Shown one piece after another: positions 7,435 to 12,468 of a DNA stretch of 12,468 nucleotides. This DNA is from Candidatus Zixiibacteriota bacterium. GTDB taxonomy: Bacteria; Zixibacteria; MSB-5A5; UBA10806; 4484-95. Below the pieces are notes generated by a model that was not told the origin of the DNA, did not search any database, and was given only the letters and a program-made list of their open reading frames with translations. The stretch lies in contig JAOZPT010000064.1 in the NCBI GenBank assembly GCA_029932605.1, positions 1-12,468 of the forward strand, read 5' to 3'. Both the position numbers and the translations under genes were made by a program. How positions within the stretch are numbered: the first letter of the stretch is position 1; each line of letters begins with the position of its first letter.

Positions 7435-7450
7435 CTGATAGCCGTATCAG
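7435..7450. other. Small perfect hairpin between the intact gene and its pseudogene copy
   Basis: CTGATA-gccg-TATCAG, 4 nt past the stop of 7455-7958. No U-tract follows on the minus strand. Confidence 0.4.
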
Positions 7451-7454
7451 CCTG

Positions 7455-7958
7455 TTAATTCTTTTCCGATACCTGTGGCGGCGCATTATTGTTGAAGCAG
7501 TCACGGATGAACTTCCATGAACCATCAGCTTGTTTTGCCAAGATGGACAGATATTTGCCATTACCTTTAATCGTCTTGCCCTCTCCCTTGGGGGTCAGCG
7601 TGTATGTGTAATTACCTCGAGCAAAAGCCCAATTGCCAGCCACCCTGACTTCCTCACCATTTATGGTCATCTTCCAGTTATAAAGATCGAAAGAGGATTG
7701 CATTCTCGCCTTAATATTCTCTTTTCCGACAACAGCAGGATTGTCCGGTGGCATCTGTATCCCATCTTCAGCCCATAGAGAAATCCATTGGTCTATATTA
7801 CCGGCATTAATACTGGAAGCATACTGGTCAAGGATGTTGTTAATTGCAGAGATGTCAGCCTCGACATTTACTACCTCGCCCTGTTTCCCGCAGCTGAAAA
7901 CAAAAAACAGCAAGAAAAACAAAAGAAAAATGCAACCTTGCAACTGTGATTTTCTCAT
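7455..7958 (-). CDS. NTF2-like (SnoaL/DUF4440/YybH-type) lipoprotein
   Basis: Basic N-terminus, hydrophobic stretch and lipobox-like VFSC. Motifs LWAEDGxxMPP, GxxxI, GNWAFxRG, GKYLxILxKQxDGSWK. AGGAG RBS. Confidence 0.85.
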   Translation of the reverse strand: MRKSQLQGCIFLLFFLLFFVFSCGKQGEVVNVEADISAINNILDQYASSINAGNIDQWISLWAEDGIQMPPDNPAVVGKENIKARMQSSFDLYNWKMTINGEEVRVAGNWAFARGNYTYTLTPKGEGKTIKGNGKYLSILAKQADGSWKFIRDCFNNNAPPQVSEKN

Positions 7959-7990
7959 TTTCTTTCTCCTATTCTGTATTTTTCTATAAA

Positions 7991-8019
7991 AGGTTAATAT
8001 GTACTGCTCGGGTTTTCAA
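7991..8019 (-). promoter_or_regulatory. Putative sigma70 promoter for the NTF2-like lipoprotein gene
   Basis: Minus strand TTGAAA (8019-8014), 17 nt spacer, TAACCT (7996-7991). Confidence 0.55.
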
Positions 8020-8111
8020 GTTAAAAACAACTTTCCTATGTTAGAATTGTGTTCGATATATTTCTATGACCATAAACGTTAATAAGTTGGATTTAATGAA
8101 TTATGCACTAA

Positions 8112-8186
8112 CGGGGCCGACGAGACTCGAACTCGCGACCTCCGGCGTGACAGGCCGGCGTTCTAACCAAACTGAACTACAGCCCC
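8112..8186 (-). tRNA. tRNA-Asp (anticodon GTC), CCA not encoded
   Basis: Reverse complement GGGGCTGTAGTTCAGTTTGGTTAGAACGCCGGCCTGTCACGCCGGAGGTCGCGAGTTCGAGTCTCGTCGGCCCCG. It has a 7-bp acceptor stem, anticodon arm CCGGC-CTGTCAC-GCCGG, a GTTCGA T-loop and a G discriminator. Confidence 0.98.
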
Positions 8187-8242
8187 GATAATTGCTTTTT
8201 CAAAGAACTACAACAAGTTTTAAGTAAGTAAATCTAATAATC

Positions 8243-8503
8243 TTAGCTTTCGGCAGGAGTTTTGGATTGAGGACCTTTTTTGGGATGGCCGGAGATAAGA
8301 ATTGCAATGGGAAGAACAGCACAGTAACCTACAACGAGGAGTATGGGTGCGATTGTAATATCTCCCAGGGCAAGAAAAACGTAACCAACGATAATCAGAA
8401 TGATACCGATTCCCATCAATATGTAATTTATCCTGCCGAAACCAAGACTATCGCTATCTTTTTTCGTTCCCGTTTTTTTACCGGTTTTTCCTTTGAAATT
8501 CAT
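8243..8503 (-). CDS. DUF3098-like small membrane protein
   Basis: Lys-rich N-terminus, then FGxxNYILMxIGxxxIxxGY...ITIAPILLVxGY with two TM helices. Start is probably ATG 8503 or 8515 rather than TTG 8536, given the promoter position. Confidence 0.75.
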   Translation of the reverse strand: MNFKGKTGKKTGTKKDSDSLGFGRINYILMGIGIILIIVGYVFLALGDITIAPILLVVGYCAVLPIAILISGHPKKGPQSKTPAES

Positions 8504-8539
8504 AATACTACCCATTGCCCTTATGACGGCAACCAAACG

Positions 8540-8567
8540 AACTTAAATAAATATCGTTAAAAGTCAA
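8540..8567 (-). promoter_or_regulatory. Putative sigma70 promoter for DUF3098 (and possibly tRNA-Asp)
   Basis: Minus strand A-tract, TTGACT (8567-8562), 16 nt spacer, TAAGTT (8545-8540). Confidence 0.5.
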
Positions 8568-8574
8568 GTTTTTT

Positions 8575-9969
8575 TTAAGACGGGTTTGGTTTTCTTATTA
8601 TATTCTTAAGGGTTAGCATGATTATTTTCAGGTCGAAAACAAGAGACCAGTTCTCTGTATAGAAAAGGTCATATTTGGTTCGTTCGCTGATTGATGTGTT
8701 GCCTCTGAGGCCGTTGACCTGGGCCCATCCTGTCATGCCTGATTTGACCCTGTGTCTTTGGAAATAACGTGGTATTCCATTTTTGAACTTCTCCACAAAT
8801 ACCGGTTGTTCTGGTCTTGGGCCAACCAAGCTCATTTGTCCTAGCAAGACATTGAAGAGCTGTGGAAGTTCATCGATGTTATAGTTTCGCATGAACCTGC
8901 CAATTCTTGTCAAGCGAGGGTCGTTATTAACTGTCCAGCCCGGTTTGTCTTCGGGATCGTAAACCATGGAACGCAATTTATACATTGTGAAAAGCCGACC
9001 ATCTCGGCCCAATCGTTTTTGTTTATAAAATACGGGCCCTGGAGAATCTATTTTGATGATTGGTAGTAAAATTAAAAAGAGTGGGAGCGATATTATAGTG
9101 CCCACAAGTGATACGATGATATCAAATAACCGTTTGACCAGGCGATGATAACCCTCGAGTGGAGTTTGACCCCAGCGTATTAAAGGTATCCCATCAATCT
9201 GTACCGTTCTGGCGTTACTGGTGATTATAGACAAAGTATCCGGTGCCAGCATATACTCCAATCCTAAATTCTCCGAATTGAGTACAAGGTTTTCAATAAG
9301 ATTGCTTTGTTGTGAAGGCAGGTTAAATATTATAATATCGATTCCTAGTTTCTCGACAACCTTCTCAATCTCATTAAGAGTTCCCAGATGCAAATTATCA
9401 GGGACTTTATTAGTTTTTATATTCTGATTATCTATATAGCCTAATGGGTTTATTCCCCAGGCTGGTTGTGATTTCAATTTTTCGTAGAGTTCCAAACCAA
9501 CTTTTTCATTACCGACAATAATCGCTTTTTTTATCCCCAAACCTTTCTGTAACATAGCCAATTCAAGGCGGTAAACCATTTCCCTGAACAAGAAGATAAC
9601 AACTATTCCTAGAATCCAGGCGAAACTCGCTACAAGGCGGGAAAAACTTTCTCCACGATAGAAAAAGGTGGAAGCGATAGTTATAATAGTTCCGGAGGAG
9701 ACACCGCGAACAACCTCCCAGAAACGGTCGAAAGATGATGGTGAACGTTTTTTGTAATGGTTCATTAAACTGAATACAAATAACCAGATTACAGCGATGA
9801 ATATTATGGCCTTAAGGTAGATTGCTAAATCTGGAATCCCTTTAGTAACCGGGAATATTTTTGTGGCGATCGAGTGAAAACGTATGCTATAAGCCAGGTA
9901 AAAGCTTGTGAATATACCGAGAACATCAGCAACGATATATAATATCGGGATAATGTACCTTATATTCAT
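8575..9969 (-). CDS. wcaJ: Undecaprenyl-phosphate glucose (hexose) phosphotransferase, WcaJ/WbaP family
   Basis: N-terminal TM bundle, CoA-binding-like middle region, and a C-terminal PGT domain with KRLFD, GPVFYKQxRxG, YKxRSM, DPRxTxxGxFMR, DELPQLFNVLxGxMSLVGPRP, VKxGxTGWAQVNGLRG and DLxYxxNWS. Sugar specificity is inferred. Confidence 0.9.
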   Translation of the reverse strand: MNIRYIIPILYIVADVLGIFTSFYLAYSIRFHSIATKIFPVTKGIPDLAIYLKAIIFIAVIWLFVFSLMNHYKKRSPSSFDRFWEVVRGVSSGTIITIASTFFYRGESFSRLVASFAWILGIVVIFLFREMVYRLELAMLQKGLGIKKAIIVGNEKVGLELYEKLKSQPAWGINPLGYIDNQNIKTNKVPDNLHLGTLNEIEKVVEKLGIDIIIFNLPSQQSNLIENLVLNSENLGLEYMLAPDTLSIITSNARTVQIDGIPLIRWGQTPLEGYHRLVKRLFDIIVSLVGTIISLPLFLILLPIIKIDSPGPVFYKQKRLGRDGRLFTMYKLRSMVYDPEDKPGWTVNNDPRLTRIGRFMRNYNIDELPQLFNVLLGQMSLVGPRPEQPVFVEKFKNGIPRYFQRHRVKSGMTGWAQVNGLRGNTSISERTKYDLFYTENWSLVFDLKIIMLTLKNIIRKPNPS

Positions 9970-11135
9970 TTCATCAACCGAGCCTCAAGGTTAATTTTTC
10001 CTTGCTGACGGAAAATGCTTACAGCCTCGGTTAAAAAATCCTTAATTTGATTATAGAAGTTTCTATTTGAAAATCTCATGGCATTATTTCTGTTTTCGTC
10101 TTCGTTGAAATTTATTTTTGAAAATATATCAACCGATTTTTTTATATCCTCAACGGTCTGATTCTTAAAGAACAAACCCGTAATAGGGCCATCGAAACTG
10201 TTCAGGTTATCGATAACAGGTCCAATAACCGTATCTTTTACCCCCCCCTCGTAAAATGCTATTACTGGTTTACCACATGCCTGAGCCTCAACCGGTGCAA
10301 TCCCGAAATCCTCCACTCCCGGGAAAATCAAAGCCTTGCAATTGCGGTAATATTCACGAAGTTTTTCTTTGTCGATCCAACCGGTAAAGGTCACATTTTG
10401 GGGAGCTTTATTTATTAATTTAAAAAGATCAGGTCCGTTACCAACCACTACCAATCTTTCTTTTAGATCCCTGAAAGCCTCAACCACAAGGTCTATTTTT
10501 TTATAGGGAACAATTGCACTTACCGTAAGGAAATAGTCGTTGTTTTGAACTTGTCCCGGTATGAAATAATCTGTATCAACAGGGGGGTAAATAACCCTGG
10601 CAGGTCGGTTGTAATATTTATTTATTCTCCATCTTACAAAATTTGAATTGGCGATAAAGAGGTCAACCCTTTTTGAAGTTTTGATATCCCATTTCCGAAT
10701 GTAACCAGCAATAGCCTGAATAAATTTATACCGTATGAAATTGATTTGGCCTTTGGGGAAATAATCATCAAAACGGTCCCAGATATATCTCATGGGTGAA
10801 TGGCAGTAACATATATGAAGGGTATGAGTACCAACAATGGCACCCTTGGCCACGCAATGGGAACTTGAGATTACAAGATCGGCATTATCGAATTTGAAGC
10901 TTTCGATCGCTTTAGGAAATAGCGGTAAAAAATGTTGATAATATTTTTTCCTTTTAGGAATATGCTGAATAAACGAGGTCGTGATACTGTGTCTTTTTAG
11001 ATCGGATGATATTTTTTCAGGGTCGCAAAAAAGGGTATATATTTTTGATTCCGGGAAAATTGCAGCAAAAGCCTCAAGCACTTTTTCGCCGCCTCTCATA
11101 CCATTAAGCCAATCGTGAACAAGAACTACCCTCAA
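9966..11135 (-). CDS. GT4 glycosyltransferase (WbaZ-like, probable mannosyltransferase)
   Basis: Motifs VHDWLxGxRGGEKVL, SSSHCVAKG, YCHSPMRYIWD, YPPVD, VPYKKID and EDFGIAPVEAQACG. TTGA and ATGA overlaps with its neighbours. Confidence 0.92.
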   Translation of the reverse strand: MRVVLVHDWLNGMRGGEKVLEAFAAIFPESKIYTLFCDPEKISSDLKRHSITTSFIQHIPKRKKYYQHFLPLFPKAIESFKFDNADLVISSSHCVAKGAIVGTHTLHICYCHSPMRYIWDRFDDYFPKGQINFIRYKFIQAIAGYIRKWDIKTSKRVDLFIANSNFVRWRINKYYNRPARVIYPPVDTDYFIPGQVQNNDYFLTVSAIVPYKKIDLVVEAFRDLKERLVVVGNGPDLFKLINKAPQNVTFTGWIDKEKLREYYRNCKALIFPGVEDFGIAPVEAQACGKPVIAFYEGGVKDTVIGPVIDNLNSFDGPITGLFFKNQTVEDIKKSVDIFSKINFNEDENRNNAMRFSNRNFYNQIKDFLTEAVSIFRQQGKINLEARLMK

Positions 11136-12220
11136 GGTCTCACCACTTTATTTAAAATTTCAAATATGGTTCTGGCTGAATTACCCCAGTCAAACATATG
11201 CACCCTTTCTAATCCCCTGGTTCTAAATTTATCACGCATAGAGTCATCATGCCAGAGAAGATTCACTTTGGTGAGCATGTCCGATACGTTATCCGGTGAA
11301 AACATCAAGGCCGAATCACCTACTACCTCGGGGAGGGAAGCTTTATTGGAGCAGGCAACCGGTAAACCGCAGGCCATAGCCTCAAGGGGAGGCAATCCGA
11401 ACCCCTCAAACAATGACGGGAATACAAACAATCGGGCACAGTTGTATAAAAGCGCCAATTCGTTGTAATTGTCGATATCTACTATGTTCACCATTTTCTT
11501 CTCATCAAGTGCCGGTAATATTTCTTCGTTGAATATCCTTTTGTCCAAAGAGGCGATGACAAGAGGCAATTTCAATCTGTTGACAATCTCCACCAGAGCT
11601 TGAGGATTTTTATGATGTTTTAGAGCGCCTGCATAAAGCACAAAATCATCAGGCAGTGACCTTTTTCTTTTGAAATCGATTATATCATTTGGAGGATATT
11701 GCTTGAATATATCAGTGTCCACCGCCGGATAAACCACCCTGACCTTATATGACCATTTAGGAAAATGCTTCTGTATATCCTTTTTCGTGTTTTCTGAGAC
11801 GGTTAAAATCGTAGCTGAACTTTTTCCAGCGTGATTTATCATAAATTTTGCATAACCTCTACCTAGTATGCCGAACCGGGGTTTAAAATGGATATGTATA
11901 AGATCATGAATTGTAATTACGGATGGACAGGGAAGGTTAAAACCTAAGGTATAATGCGGTGCGAAGAAAAGGTCAGCTTTTATATCAGATAAAGGTTTTG
12001 AAAAGGAAAACAGTTCTGAAATGGAATATTTCGGCGATTTTATAATAATCGTTTCAGCAAAATCATGGTGAAACCCGAGCCGTTTTTTATCCCTGGTATT
12101 ACAAAAAAGAAAAAATTTTGCCGGCACTTTAAGTATGAACCATTGCTGGAGTAAGTTTTGAAGGTAGGTGCCGATTCCACCATCATTTATTTTTCGGCAA
12201 TCAACTCCGATCGTAAACAT
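11132..12220 (-). CDS. GT4 glycosyltransferase (MtfB/WbpY-like)
   Basis: Motifs DxRxxxxGGIGTY, TIHDLI, TVSExTKxDI, HKN and FPSLFEGFGLPPLEAMACG, SLPEV. Start at ATG 12220 (MFTIGVD) fits the family; 12256 is an alternative. Confidence 0.92.
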   Translation of the reverse strand: MFTIGVDCRKINDGGIGTYLQNLLQQWFILKVPAKFFLFCNTRDKKRLGFHHDFAETIIIKSPKYSISELFSFSKPLSDIKADLFFAPHYTLGFNLPCPSVITIHDLIHIHFKPRFGILGRGYAKFMINHAGKSSATILTVSENTKKDIQKHFPKWSYKVRVVYPAVDTDIFKQYPPNDIIDFKRKRSLPDDFVLYAGALKHHKNPQALVEIVNRLKLPLVIASLDKRIFNEEILPALDEKKMVNIVDIDNYNELALLYNCARLFVFPSLFEGFGLPPLEAMACGLPVACSNKASLPEVVGDSALMFSPDNVSDMLTKVNLLWHDDSMRDKFRTRGLERVHMFDWGNSARTIFEILNKVVRP

Positions 12221-12468
12221 TCCCTTAAACGCTCCCTGTCCTTTCTGTATTTCCATTTCAGGTAGGTCCTTAACATCATGTTCTGCAACTTACCCTTGTG
12301 TTTAGCATAATATCGCAATTGTCCTTGGCGGTATTTGAAGGTGTTAGATGTCAAAAGCTTTGAGGTCGATTCGCTTTTTTTAATACCACCGGATTGTCCC
12401 CTGTAATGAATAATCTCTGCTTTTGGGTAATAATATATGTTCCAACCGGCCTGGCGCAGGCGCAGGCA
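12187..12468 (-). CDS. GT2 glycosyltransferase (WbbL/rhamnosyltransferase-like), C-terminal part; 5' end outside the window
   Basis: Manual translation: CLRLRQAGWNIYYYPKAEIIHYRGQSGG...YRQGQLRYYAKHKG...LIAEK*. CxRxxxAGWxxxYxPxAxxxHxxGxS and YYxKH are typical GT2 C-terminal motifs. Not in the ORF track. Confidence 0.85.
   Translation of the reverse strand, partial: CLRLRQAGWNIYYYPKAEIIHYRGQSGGIKKSESTSKLLTSNTFKYRQGQLRYYAKHKGKLQNMMLRTYLKWKYRKDRERLRECLRSELIAEK

Noticed and set aside
6003..8111. Integron cassette array (attC sites) or attL/attR duplication of the tRNA 3' end
   Set aside because: I found no convincing RYYYAAC...GTTRRRY paired sites, no second copy of the tRNA 3' sequence and no integrase; the genes are in opposite orientations.
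213..11468. Short antisense or alternate-frame track ORFs (213-404, 581-835, 789-1217, 1594-1803, 2542-2730, 3292-3570, 3825-4013, 3934-4146, 5143-5442, 5341-5541, 5462-5689, 5816-6115, 7530-7778, 7741-7989, 8267-8560, 9221-9427, 11115-11468)
   Set aside because: They are shadows of well-supported genes and carry no recognisable motifs.
1..12468. CRISPR array, prophage or defence system
   Set aside because: No regularly spaced repeats, and no cas, phage, nuclease or reverse-transcriptase motifs in any ORF.

Overview
AT-rich bacterial chromosomal window. FCB-group or candidate-phylum origin is an inference from the Bacteroides-like PurE and the DUF3098 gene. Left to right: a minus-strand purD-purE-lemA operon (lemA runs off the left edge and is missing from the ORF track); a divergent yhhQ queuosine-precursor transporter; a two-gene saccharopine operon (lysine-ketoglutarate reductase resembling the animal/plant AASS N-domain, then a saccharopine dehydrogenase resembling fungal Lys9); a ~2 kb accessory patch downstream of tRNA-Asp(GTC); a DUF3098 gene; and the 3' end of a minus-strand surface-glycan cluster (GT2, GT4, GT4, wcaJ). 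The accessory patch holds a Zn-ribbon membrane protein built from three tandem 2-TM repeats, a probable IS256/Mutator-like transposase relic, and an NTF2/SnoaL-like lipoprotein gene followed by a hidden, frameshifted and truncated paralogue. Most interesting: the split eukaryote-like LKR+SDH pair, the triplicated membrane protein, the decaying tRNA-linked patch, and a possible non-canonical structured leader before yhhQ. No CRISPR, phage, integrase or defence system is evident. All family calls are by-eye motif recognition, not database searches.
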